A DNA stretch of 63,407 bases, the filler included, from Actinomycetota bacterium (GTDB taxonomy: Bacteria > Actinomycetota > Acidimicrobiia > IMCC26256 > VFJJ01), in the NCBI GenBank assembly GCA_009886115.1. It is 5 parts of 5 records of this genome, joined end to end, with 100 filler letters (N's around TTAATTAATTAA, not from the genome) between each part and the next. Parts side by side here need not be neighbours in the genome. Positions count along the whole stretch, not along the records: positions 1 to 21,031 come from VFJJ01000150.1; positions 21,132 to 39,188 come from VFJJ01000206.1; 3 more parts are not named here. One strand, 5' to 3'. A program made the translations under genes and the position numbers. Position 1 is the first letter of the stretch. Each line of letters starts with the position of its first letter. Below, one piece after another: positions 19,076 to 28,369 of this stretch. The notes beneath the pieces are model-generated. The model was not told where the DNA came from and searched no databases. It saw only the letters and a program-made list of their open reading frames with translations.

Positions 19076-19270
19076 GAACACGGTGGACGAGCTCATCACG
19101 CTGCGTGGCGGCCCGACGGACGGCTGGGCGCTCGTAAGGGCCGTAACCGAGTGGCGCCTCCCCGCCGGTGCCCGGGTTACGGTGCTCGGATCCTGTGTGG
19201 TCGGGCGATCGCGAGTTCGGCCGGAGCGTTCGGCCGGAGCGTTCGGCCGTGTCGCCGAGGCTGATGGTGC

Positions 19271-19654
19271 TCAGGCGGGTTTGTTGAACATGTAGCGGGC
19301 GATCCTCCAGCCGGTGTCGGTGCGGCGGAACAGGAAGATCTCTCGGTTCGATTCGGCTGTCTGGTCGCCGGTGGCGAGCACGGTTTGGGTGCCGTTGCTG
19401 CGGGTGAGTGCGTATGCGGTGTGGGTGCTGGTGATCTCGAGTTCGTCGATGGTGAAGGTGACGCCTAGGTGGATCGCGTCGAAGATCTGCTGGTAGGCGC
19501 CTTGCATGTCTGCGCCTTTGGCGGCGGGCAGGGTGGTGGGCATGAAGATCCCGTCCGGGGTGTAGCAGGACGCCGCGAGCGCGGCGTCGCTGGTGTTCAG
19601 CGACTGTTCGTAGGTGGCGAGGAGTGCTCGGATCTGATCGTCGTGGGTTGTCAT
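19271..19654 (-). CDS. SnoaL-like/NTF2-fold protein
   Basis: IRALLATYEQSLN, YTPDGIFMP, NREIFLFRR..GWRIARYMFN; TACAAT -10 at 19697-19692. Confidence 0.85.
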   Translation of the reverse strand: MTTHDDQIRALLATYEQSLNTSDAALAASCYTPDGIFMPTTLPAAKGADMQGAYQQIFDAIHLGVTFTIDELEITSTHTAYALTRSNGTQTVLATGDQTAESNREIFLFRRTDTGWRIARYMFNKPA

Positions 19655-19722
19655 ATTCGGTCCGTTTCGTCGGATGGGATACATTCCACAGATTGTAACT
19701 CGGTCAGGCTAGGATGTATTCC

Positions 19723-20199
19723 ATGGAAGAGAAATCTGCCAGTAGCGTCCAGCGTCATCTGGACCTGAGGTCGTTGTTCAGTGATCTGATTCGCCTCGAG
19801 ACCGAACTGTGGGATCTGGTCGAGGCTCGTCTGCGCCGCGACCACGATCTGGCGTTGTCATGGTTCGAGCCGATGCAAGTGATTGGCAGCACCCCGGGCT
19901 GTCGGGTGATCGACATCGCCGAGGAGTTGTCGATCACGATCGGGGGGACCAGCAAACTCGTCGACCGGATCCAGAATGCCGGCTGGTGCGAACGTTCACC
20001 GCACCCCGACGACGGCCGCTCCTCCACGATCGAGCTGACCCGTGCAGGACAACGACTGCTCACCGCGGCGCGGCGCACGTTCATCGACGAGGTCGGCATC
20101 CGGCTCGGTGAACCGTTGTCGAAGAGCGAGCTGCAACGTTTCGCTGCAACTGTCCACAAGCTACGCGCCCACCTCCACGAGCAACGAAGGAGCGCCTGA
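19723..20199 (+). CDS. MarR family transcriptional regulator
   Basis: IAEELSITIGGTSKLVDRI..AGWCERSPHPDDGRS..LT; TAGGAT 7 nt before ATG. Confidence 0.92.
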   Translation: MEEKSASSVQRHLDLRSLFSDLIRLETELWDLVEARLRRDHDLALSWFEPMQVIGSTPGCRVIDIAEELSITIGGTSKLVDRIQNAGWCERSPHPDDGRSSTIELTRAGQRLLTAARRTFIDEVGIRLGEPLSKSELQRFAATVHKLRAHLHEQRRSA

Positions 20200-20201
20200 C
20201 G

Positions 20202-21031
20202 ATGACGACGATCCAGGACACCATGCGGGCCGTCGTGCTCGACGCTCCCGGCCCACCCGACGCGCTCCACGTCCGCGAACTCCTCGTTCCGATACCGCAG
20301 GCGGGTGAGGTGCTGATCAAGATCGAGGCGTTCGGCCTGAACCGCTCCGAGCTCCACACCCGCCTCGGTCTCGCTGACGGCGTCACGTTTCCTCGCGTCC
20401 TGGGCATCGAAGCCACCGGCACCGTCGCCTCGTGCCCGGCAGGCGAGTACACGGTCGGTCAACAGGTCGCTGCGTTGATGGGCGGCATGGGCCGCACCTA
20501 CGACGGCGGGTACGCCGAATACACCTGCGTTCCCGTCCGCCAGGTTGTGCCGTTCACGAGCAGCCTCGACTGGTCGACGCTCGGCGCGGTGCCCGAGATG
20601 CTCCAGACCGCACACGGCTCACTCACGATCGGACTCGACGCCCGACCCGGTCAGTCGATCCTGATACGTGGCGGCACGTCGTCAATCGGGATGGCGACGG
20701 CGGTACTCGCCAAACGGCTCGGCATGACCGTGTTGTCCACGACCCGCAACCCCGACCGGGCCGACGCCCTCCGCACGATCGGTGTCGACCACGTCATCGT
20801 CGACGACGGCAACATCGCCAGCCAAGCCCGCCACATCTTCCCCGATGGCGTCGACGCCGCACTCGAACTGGTCGGTACGCCGACCCTGCCGGACACGCTG
20901 CGAGCGACCCGGGTCCACGGGGTCGTGTGCTTCACCGGGATGCTCTCCAACCAGTGGACCGTGCGCGACTTCTACCCGATCGAGTACCTCCCACGCGGGG
21001 TCCGCCTCACCGCCTACGGCGGAGACGCCAC
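20202..21031 (+). CDS. Zinc-binding dehydrogenase/NADPH:quinone reductase family (partial, contig end)
   Basis: AFGLNRSE, PRVLGIE, GGYAEY, RGGTSSIG. Confidence 0.9.
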
Positions 21032-21131
21032 NNNNNNNNNNNNNNNNNNNNNNNNNNNNNNNNNNNNNNNNNNNNTTAATTAATTAANNNNNNNNNNNNN
21101 NNNNNNNNNNNNNNNNNNNNNNNNNNNNNNN
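21032..21131. other. Artificial contig spacer
   Basis: 100 nt of N with central TTAATTAATTAA (stops in all six frames). Confidence 0.99.
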
Positions 21132-21135
21132 CTGA

Positions 21136-21205
21136 CGTCACTCCGTCACTCCGTCACTCCGTCACTCCGTCACTCCGTCACACCGTCGCTCCGTCACTCC
21201 GTCAC
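21136..21205. repeat. 8-bp tandem repeat (CGTCACTC), about 9 copies
   Basis: Directly visible at the contig start. Confidence 0.95.
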
Positions 21206-21264
21206 AGGTGCGCACCCGCGGAAGTCGAGCCGCCCGGCAGTCTGGAAGCCTGGAAGCCAGGAGC

Positions 21265-22020
21265 TCAGAAGAACCAGAGCTTGACGGCGAGCGCCACTCC
21301 CGCGGCGACCACGACGACCCGCAGCACACGAGGGTCGATGCGCCCGGCGAGGCGGCCTCCGAGGTGCCCGCCGACGAGGGCGGCCGGGGCCATCACCGCG
21401 GCCAGCACCCATTCGACCTCGCCCGAGAAGGCGAAGAACGCCGCGGCGATGCCGTTGATCACGAGCGTCAGCAACGACTTGAAGGCGTTGATCTTGCGCA
21501 TCGGCTCGGGGATGAGCACGCCGAGCACGGCCAGGAACATGATCCCGAGCCCGGCTCCGAAGAACCCGCCGTACACAGCACCAACGAAGACCGCCAGCGG
21601 GACGGTCGCCCGGTGACGGCCCTCGGGACGGTGGTGATCGATCCAGCGCCGCATGCGGTCCTGGAACACCAGGAGCACGCAGGCCAGCAGGAGGAGGAAC
21701 GGGACCACGAGCTCGAAGGTGTCGTCGGAGGTCGTCACCAGGAGCGCCGAACCGGTGAGGCCACCGAGCCCTGCCGCCCCGGCCAACGGTCGCAGCCGCG
21801 ACCACTCGCCGGCGAGCTCGGCGCTCTGGGCCCGGGCGCCACCGAAGTACCCGGGGCACAGCGCAACGGTGTTGGTGACGTTGGCGCTCTTGACCGGGAT
21901 TCCCAGCGCTACGAGCGTCGGGAAGGTGATCAAGGTCCCGCCACCGGCGAGGGCGTTCACGGCTCCCGCGGCGAACGCGGCGAGCGCGGCTGCGCCGTGA
22001 TCGAGCACCGTGAGGTCCAT
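21265..22020 (-). CDS. TauE/SafE (TSUP) family membrane protein
   Basis: GAVNALAGGGTLITFP, YGGFFGAGLG, hydrophobic throughout. Confidence 0.9.
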   Translation of the reverse strand: MDLTVLDHGAAALAAFAAGAVNALAGGGTLITFPTLVALGIPVKSANVTNTVALCPGYFGGARAQSAELAGEWSRLRPLAGAAGLGGLTGSALLVTTSDDTFELVVPFLLLLACVLLVFQDRMRRWIDHHRPEGRHRATVPLAVFVGAVYGGFFGAGLGIMFLAVLGVLIPEPMRKINAFKSLLTLVINGIAAAFFAFSGEVEWVLAAVMAPAALVGGHLGGRLAGRIDPRVLRVVVVAAGVALAVKLWFF

Positions 22021-22207
22021 CAGGGTCTCGCCTTCGACGTGCCGGGCCCGGTCACCAGCACATGATCGAGCGACGGTCGGTGCGCATCTCCACGCCGGCG
22101 ACGACCCCCGCGGCATCGGCGGCTGGATACGGCGCCGCGAAGGCGATGTCGGTCGCCAGCGTGTGGGTCATGGCCCTCTTCTACCACCGCAGTTACGCTC
22201 CCCGCCC

Positions 22208-23371
22208 ATGGTGACGCCCTTCGACGAGTACCCGGTGCACCAGACCGCGTGGCCGGTGTCGCGCCCCGCCACGGGTGACCTCGATCACACGGATCGGTCG
22301 TCGTTCTTCGGTGCCGACACCGATCGCGGGATCAGCTTCGCGGCCACCATCGCCATGTATCCCAACCGGCAGGTCATCGATGCGGCGGTCACGTTGCTCG
22401 TCGACGGTGTCCAGCGGTCGGTCTTCGCATCGGGGCGGATCCCCCTCGATCGGAGGCAGACCCGCATCGGCCCCATCCGGCTCGAGGTCGTCGAACCCTT
22501 GCGCACCATGAGGATCGTCGTGGTGGCCCCCGAACACGGCATCGAGGGCGAGCTCGTCTTCCACGCTCGAACGCCTGTGATGGAACGTCCTCGACCTCTG
22601 ACCGGAACCCTCGACCGTCCTCTGGCCGACGCCACGCACTTCGAGCAGCAGGGCGAGTGGAGCGGGCTGCTCCGGGTCTGGGGGGGATCCGAGCCGACGC
22701 CGCGCCGAGTCGAGCTCGCGCCGTGGAACACCTCGGGCAAGCGCGATCGGGCCTGGGGCACCCATCGACCCGACGAGCCCGTCGGCGGCTCACCGGTGTC
22801 GCCGGTGGGTGTCGGGCCCATGTTCTTCCTGACGGCCTCGGCCGGTCTCGGCGACCACGGGTTGTCGTTCACCGTTCGCGAGCACTCCGACGGTCGCCGC
22901 TGGTTGTCGGCCGGAGCCCGGGTGGGGGCGCTGCGAGGCGAGCAGGCGTTGTTCGGCGTGGCCGGTGCGGTTGAGCAGCTCCGATCGTTCGACTACACGC
23001 TCGAGCTCATCCCCGGGACGCGGCGCGCTCGGCAGCTGAGCGTCACCTTCGTGCCCCAGCGGGGACGGTCGACCGAGACGCTCGTCTTCGAGCCGGTGAC
23101 GTCGTTGCCGATGTCGGGGCTCGGATCGTTGCACCCCACCCGTTATCCGGGGTGTTGGCACGGCGAAGCATCGGTGGCCGGTGAGCAGACGGTCGTCGCC
23201 GACGTCGATCCCCAGAGCGCGTCGGCCATCCACCACCTCGTTTCGTGCCGGGTCGTCGACGGCAGAGGGCTTAGGGGGACGGGGTGCATCGAGCAGCTCG
23301 TGCTCGGCCCCCATGCTCCGCTGGGGCTGATCGGGCTCACGTCGGGGTCCGTCGCACCCGAACCCACCTGA
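22208..23371 (+). CDS. Hypothetical beta-rich protein (actinobacterial PFDEYPVHQ family)
   Basis: PFDEYPVHQT, YPNRQVIDA, IGPIRLEVVEPL, RDRAWG, IEQLVLGPH; TACGCT -10. Confidence 0.75.
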   Translation: MVTPFDEYPVHQTAWPVSRPATGDLDHTDRSSFFGADTDRGISFAATIAMYPNRQVIDAAVTLLVDGVQRSVFASGRIPLDRRQTRIGPIRLEVVEPLRTMRIVVVAPEHGIEGELVFHARTPVMERPRPLTGTLDRPLADATHFEQQGEWSGLLRVWGGSEPTPRRVELAPWNTSGKRDRAWGTHRPDEPVGGSPVSPVGVGPMFFLTASAGLGDHGLSFTVREHSDGRRWLSAGARVGALRGEQALFGVAGAVEQLRSFDYTLELIPGTRRARQLSVTFVPQRGRSTETLVFEPVTSLPMSGLGSLHPTRYPGCWHGEASVAGEQTVVADVDPQSASAIHHLVSCRVVDGRGLRGTGCIEQLVLGPHAPLGLIGLTSGSVAPEPT

Positions 23372-23416
23372 GCTCGTTCTGACCGGGCGGTCCGGGGTTT
23401 CCTAGGCTCCCCGATC

Positions 23417-24187
23417 ATGGACCGAACCAAGCTCGACCGTCTCTTCGACCTGACCGGCCGCGTGGCGATCGTCACCGGAGGAACCCGGGGGATCGGCCGT
23501 GCGGTGGCCGAGGGTTTCCTTGCCGCTGGAGCCCAGGTGGTCGTGGCCAGCCGGAAGGCCGACGCCTGCGCCGAGACCCAGGCCCACCTGGAGTCGATGG
23601 GTGGCGAGGCCCTCGGTGTGGCAACGCAGATGGGCTCGCTCGACGCCTTGGCCGCACTGGTGCAGTCGACGGTCGACCGCTTCGGCCAGATCGACATCAT
23701 CGTCAACAACGCGGCGAACGCGTTGACCCAGCCGCTCGGCGAGTTCACCGCCGACGCCTGGGCCAAGTCGATGGACGTGAACCTCCGGGGCCCGGTGTTC
23801 CTCGTGCAGGAGGCGCTGCCGTATCTGAAGGCGAGTGAGCACGCCGCGGTCGTCAACGTGCTGTCGGCCGGGGCGTTCCTGTTCACGTCGGGCCAGTCGA
23901 TCTACGGCGCCGCCAAGGCCGGGCTGATGTCGTTCACCCGGTCGATGGCTGCCGCGTACGCCCCCGACAAGATCCGGGTCAACGCTCTCGCACCCGGCAC
24001 CGTCGACACCGACATGGTGCGCAACAACGGCCCCGAGGCCGCACAGCGGATGGCCAACGCGGCGTTCATGCGCCGAGCCGCCGACGCCGACGAGATGGTC
24101 GGGCCCGTGCTGTACCTGGCGAGCGACGCTTCGAGCTTCATGACCGGCCAGTGCCTCATCGTCGACGGCGGCCTGGTACCCCATTGA
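23417..24187 (+). CDS. Short-chain dehydrogenase/reductase
   Basis: TGGTRGIG, NNAA, YGAAK. Confidence 0.93.
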   Translation: MDRTKLDRLFDLTGRVAIVTGGTRGIGRAVAEGFLAAGAQVVVASRKADACAETQAHLESMGGEALGVATQMGSLDALAALVQSTVDRFGQIDIIVNNAANALTQPLGEFTADAWAKSMDVNLRGPVFLVQEALPYLKASEHAAVVNVLSAGAFLFTSGQSIYGAAKAGLMSFTRSMAAAYAPDKIRVNALAPGTVDTDMVRNNGPEAAQRMANAAFMRRAADADEMVGPVLYLASDASSFMTGQCLIVDGGLVPH

Positions 24188-24197
24188 CCCCACCAAA

Positions 24198-24250
24198 CCC
24201 AAATGTGCGCGGAAATGCGCACCCCGTGAACATTTCCGCGCACATTTGGG
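24198..24250. repeat. Perfect 20-bp inverted repeat (terminator or REP-like palindrome)
   Basis: CCCAAATGTGCGCGGAAATG ... CATTTCCGCGCACATTTGGG. Confidence 0.9.
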
Positions 24251-24271
24251 AGAATCGCTGAGGCTCGCCCC

Positions 24272-25609
24272 ATGAACCACGCCGACCCAGACCCCGCGTC
24301 ACCCGTCGACCTGCGGCTCGGACCGGGACTGGTGCTCTCCGATCCGCGCCAGGCGCCAACGCCGGGTTGGGTCGAGATCGTCGGTGGTCGCATCCATCAC
24401 GTGGGACCCGAGCCAACGCCGGCAGTGGCCATCGAGGCGGTGTCGCTGCACGACCGGATCGTCATACCGGCCTTGGTGAACACGCACTGCCACACGTCGC
24501 AGCAGCTCGGGCGGGGGCTCGCCGACGACGTCGATCTGCTCACCTGGCTGCACGATCGAATCTGGCCCTACGAGATCGCCCTCACCGAAGCTGACGCCGA
24601 GGTCTCCGCGGCGCTCTGCGCGATCGAGCAGGTGCGCAGTGGCACCACGACCATCGCCGATCCCGGAGGCCGTCACGTCGACGGTATGGCCCGGGGGCTC
24701 GAGGCCGTGGGAATACGGGCGTTCCTGGGTCGGAGCACGATGGACTCCGGCGACGGGCGCCCGGCCCTCGACTGCGACGATCTCGCCGAAGCGCTCGACC
24801 GCCAGGACGACCTGGCCCGGCGCTGGCACGGGCGGGGCCGCATGCGCTTCAGCTACACGCTGCGCACCATCTTCAACTGCTCAGACGAGCTGATCGTCGC
24901 CACGGCCGAACGGGCCGCCGCCCTCGGGACCGTCGTGCAGATGCACGTGGCCGAGGTGCCCGAGGAGCTCTCGTTCTCGCTCTCCACGAGGGGCGCGACG
25001 ACCGTCCGGCACCTCGGCTCGCTGGGTGTGCTGGGCCCCCGGTTCCTCGCCGTGCACGCGACCTGGGTCGACGACGACGAGATCGCGCTGCTCGCCGCGA
25101 CCCGCACGCCCGTGTCGCACAACGCCGGGAGCAACCTCAAGATCCTGGGCGTGCCCCGGGTCGCGGAGTGGATCGAGGCTGGCGTGGTCGTGGCGCTCGG
25201 GACCGACGGGGCCCCGTCGAACAACCGGATGAGCATGATCGACGAGATGTGGCTGGCGTCGCTCACCCAAAAGGGACGACGGGTCGACCCCACGGTCCTG
25301 CCCGCCGGTGAGGTGCTGGCGATGGCGACGACCGGCGGAGCGAAGGCGCTCGGTCTCGCCGACGAGATCGGCCGCATCGAGGTGGGGATGGCGGCCGATC
25401 TGGTGATCGTCGACCCCCGAACGGCCAACATGTCGCCGCTGCACGATCCGCACGCCGCGCTCGTGACGTCGATGAAGAGCGAGAACGTCGAGTCGGTCCT
25501 CTGCGAAGGCCAGTGGCTCATGCGCGACCGGGTGATCACCACGGTCGACGAGGCCGCCGTGATCGACGAGGCCCGATCCCGCGCCGCTGCCATCCGCTCC
25601 CGTATGTAG
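24272..25609 (+). CDS. Amidohydrolase, MTA/SAH deaminase-triazine hydrolase group
   Basis: NTHCH, QMHVAE, AVH, GTDGAPSNN. Confidence 0.9.
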   Translation: MNHADPDPASPVDLRLGPGLVLSDPRQAPTPGWVEIVGGRIHHVGPEPTPAVAIEAVSLHDRIVIPALVNTHCHTSQQLGRGLADDVDLLTWLHDRIWPYEIALTEADAEVSAALCAIEQVRSGTTTIADPGGRHVDGMARGLEAVGIRAFLGRSTMDSGDGRPALDCDDLAEALDRQDDLARRWHGRGRMRFSYTLRTIFNCSDELIVATAERAAALGTVVQMHVAEVPEELSFSLSTRGATTVRHLGSLGVLGPRFLAVHATWVDDDEIALLAATRTPVSHNAGSNLKILGVPRVAEWIEAGVVVALGTDGAPSNNRMSMIDEMWLASLTQKGRRVDPTVLPAGEVLAMATTGGAKALGLADEIGRIEVGMAADLVIVDPRTANMSPLHDPHAALVTSMKSENVESVLCEGQWLMRDRVITTVDEAAVIDEARSRAAAIRSRM

Positions 25610-25616
25610 CCCCTCG

Positions 25617-25639
25617 CCAACCCCCTCCCGGGGGGTTGG
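25617..25639. terminator. Hairpin between convergent genes
   Basis: CCAACCCCC-TCCCG-GGGGGTTGG. Confidence 0.55.
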
Positions 25640-25661
25640 GGTGGTGGTGGTGGTGGGGGGA

Positions 25662-27046
25662 TCAGCGGCTCGCGACCTCGAACCAGGCAGTGGCGATGGT
25701 GCGGTGGCGGGCCAGCATCTCGTCGACGCCGGTGAGCGTGAGGCGCCCGTCCTCGACGATCGAGCGGCCGTGCACGATGGTGTGGCGCGCCGCGGTGGGT
25801 CCGCAGCGCAGCCAGGCCTCGATCGGATCCGACACGGCGCCGGCGAAGGCGATCCCCTCGAGCGGCCAGGCCACGAGGTCGCCGACGGCGCCGGGAGCGA
25901 GCACCCCGATCTCGCCGGTGCGACCCAGGCAGGCCGCGCCGCCCAGCGTCGCCATCTCCAAGGCGTCTCTGGCGCCCATGGCCTCGGGCCCTTCCCGCAG
26001 GCGGGCCAGGAGCAGCGCGCCCCGGGTCTCGAGCCACAGCGAAGCGCAGTCGGTCGAGGCCGAGCCGTCGCAGCCGATCCCGACGGGCACCCCGGCCGAG
26101 CGCATCTCGCGGATGGGCGCCAACCCCGCGCCGATGAGCTGGTTCGAGCTGGGACAGTGCGCGACCCCTGTCCCCACGCTCCGAGGCGGGCGATCTCGGC
26201 CTCGTTCGGGTACACGCAGTGCGCGACCCACGACCGGTCGCTGCCCCAGCCCACAGCCTCGAAGTGCTCGAGCGGACGACACCCCAGCGTGGCCTGGCAG
26301 TAGGTGTCCTCGTCACGGTCTTCGGCGAGATGGGTGTGGAGGCGCACGTCGAGCCGCTCGGCCAGCTCAGCTGTGGCGCTCATGAGCCGCGGCGTCACCG
26401 AGAACGGCGAGCACGGCGCCAGGGCGATGCGCACCATGGCCCCGTGCGACCGGTCATGATGCAGGGCCACCAGGCGTTCGGAGTCGGCGAGGATCTCGTC
26501 GTCGTCCTGCACCACGCTGTCGGGCGGGAGGCCGCCGTCCTTCTCGGACAAGCTCATCGAGCCCCGGGTGGGGTGAAAGCGCAGGCCCACCTCGGCCGCC
26601 GCGGCGATCTCGGCCGAGATCAGGTCACCGCCACCACGGGGGTGCACGTACAGGTGGTCGGTGGTCGTGGTGGCGCCGCCCAGTGCCAGCTCGGCCAGGC
26701 CGATCCAGGCCGAGACGTACGCCGCTTCCTCGTCGAGTCGGCTCCACACGGGATACAGCGTCCGCAACCAGTGGAAGAGATTGCCGCGCAACGCGGGCGC
26801 GAAGGCCCGGGTGAGGTTCTGGTAGATGTGGTGATGGGTGTTCACGAGCCCCGGCGTCACCAGGCAGCCGTTGGCCTTCACGGTCCTGTGCGCCCCGGAC
26901 GGTTCCTCTCCGGGGCCGCCGACCCCCACGACCAGCCCGTCGGCGATCGCCACCCATCCGCCGGCGATCTCACGCCGCTCGGCGTCGAGCGTGGCGACCA
27001 GGTCGGCCCCGGCCACGAGCAGGTCGACGCGTGTATCGCTTTCCAT
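25662..27046 (-). pseudogene. 8-oxoguanine deaminase-like amidohydrolase with one frameshift at about 26172-26175
   Basis: N-half: NTHHHIYQNLTR, HTHLAE, WVAHCV. C-half in another frame: GVAHCPSSN, GCDGSAS. Adding one G to the G4 run gives RLGAWGTGVAHCPSSN. Confidence 0.85.
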
Positions 27047-27199
27047 CAGGCCGCTCCCGGTGAGATGCTGGCTCGTTCAGACGGTCGGATGACCGTGAAA
27101 CGACGGCGAGGCTACGTGCGACGTCTCGTAACAATCTCGACATCGAACCGTCGACGATGTCGTGGCAGCCTGCCAGGCGTGGGCACCGAGGAGCGAGCC

Positions 27200-27232
27200 A
27201 TGAACGAACCAGGAACGTGGAGCGAGCGGTGA
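27200..27232 (+). other. Possible 10-aa upstream ORF (MNEPGTWSER) coupled to the deaminase
   Basis: GAGGAG SD 6 nt before ATG; its TGA overlaps the GTG of the next gene. Confidence 0.35.
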
Positions 27233-28278
27233 CCGCCGCCACCGACGCTCACCTGCGTCGACTCCCCAAGGTCGAGCTCCACTGCCACGTCGAGGGTGCG
27301 GCCCGGGCCAGCACCATCAAGGAGCTGGCCGACAAGAACGGCGTCACGTTCCCCGTCGACGATCCGGCCGACCTCTACCGCTTCAGCAGCCTCAACCAGT
27401 TCCTGTCGATCTATGACGTCGTGTGCGCCAGCCTCCAGACGGCCGACGACTTCCGCCGCATCACGTACGAGGCCTTGGAAGATGGCGCCGCTGCCGGAGT
27501 GCGCTACCGCGAGATGTTCTTCTCGCCCGGTTTCGTGATCCGCCTCGGCGTACCCGTCGAGACCGTGTGGGACGGGGTCCGCGCCGGCCTGCTCGACGCC
27601 CGCGCCGACCTCGACCTGAACGCCCGCATGGTCCTCGACTTCGACAAGCCGACCGGTCCGGCCCACGCGCTCGAGATGGCCGAGTTCGCGGCGTCGGTCG
27701 GCGATCGTGACGTGCTCGTGGGGATGGGCGCAGATTCTGTCGAGCGGGGCGTCGATCATCTCGCGTTCAAGACTGCCTTCGAGCACGCCGGGCGCCAGGG
27801 CCTGCGGCGCACCATCCACGCCGGCGAGGACGGGCCGGTCGACAACATCGCCGTCGCCGTGCGCGAGCTGGGGTGTGAGCGCATCGACCACGGCACGTGC
27901 CTGCTCGACGATGCGGCGCTCACCGCCGAGCTGGCGGAACGGCAGATCCCACTCACGGTCTGTCCCACGTCGAACGTGACCATCGCCCACATCGTCCCTG
28001 ATATCGCGTCGCACCCGTTCGCCCGTCAACGCGCGGCCGGCGTGCTCGTGACGGTGAACTCCGACGATCCCGGGATGATGGCCTTCGACATCGCCGACGA
28101 GTACGTCGCAGTGGCTCGCGCCTACGGGTACTCGCTCGAGGACATGGAAGCGATCAGCCTGGCCGGTATCGACGCCTCGTGGGCCCCGGCCGACGAGAAG
28201 GCCGCGCTGCGCACGCGTTTCCTGAGCGAGTTCGACGGTCTGCGGGCCGAGCTGGGGTGCGCGCCGAGGGCGGGCTGA
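27229..28278 (+). CDS. add: Adenosine/adenine deaminase family protein 1
   Basis: PKVELHCHVEG, HAGED, RIDHG, CPTSN, NSDDP. Confidence 0.92.
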   Translation: MTAATDAHLRRLPKVELHCHVEGAARASTIKELADKNGVTFPVDDPADLYRFSSLNQFLSIYDVVCASLQTADDFRRITYEALEDGAAAGVRYREMFFSPGFVIRLGVPVETVWDGVRAGLLDARADLDLNARMVLDFDKPTGPAHALEMAEFAASVGDRDVLVGMGADSVERGVDHLAFKTAFEHAGRQGLRRTIHAGEDGPVDNIAVAVRELGCERIDHGTCLLDDAALTAELAERQIPLTVCPTSNVTIAHIVPDIASHPFARQRAAGVLVTVNSDDPGMMAFDIADEYVAVARAYGYSLEDMEAISLAGIDASWAPADEKAALRTRFLSEFDGLRAELGCAPRAG

Positions 28279-28369
28279 GTCGGCGAAGTCGGCGCGGTGC
28301 CGGCCCAGCGTCTTGCTGATCGCCGGTGGTAGGTTCCCGATCACACGTCACGGGGCTGGGGGAGTTGTC

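Noticed and set aside
21032..21131. TTAATTAATTAA palindrome inside N runs (also at three other sites)
   Set aside because: Artificial six-frame-stop contig linker; genes on either side are not evidence of linkage
24881..27046. 721-aa ORF read as a fused amidohydrolase
   Set aside because: Read-through product of the frameshift at about 26173; the tail runs out of frame and then antisense to the neighbouring gene
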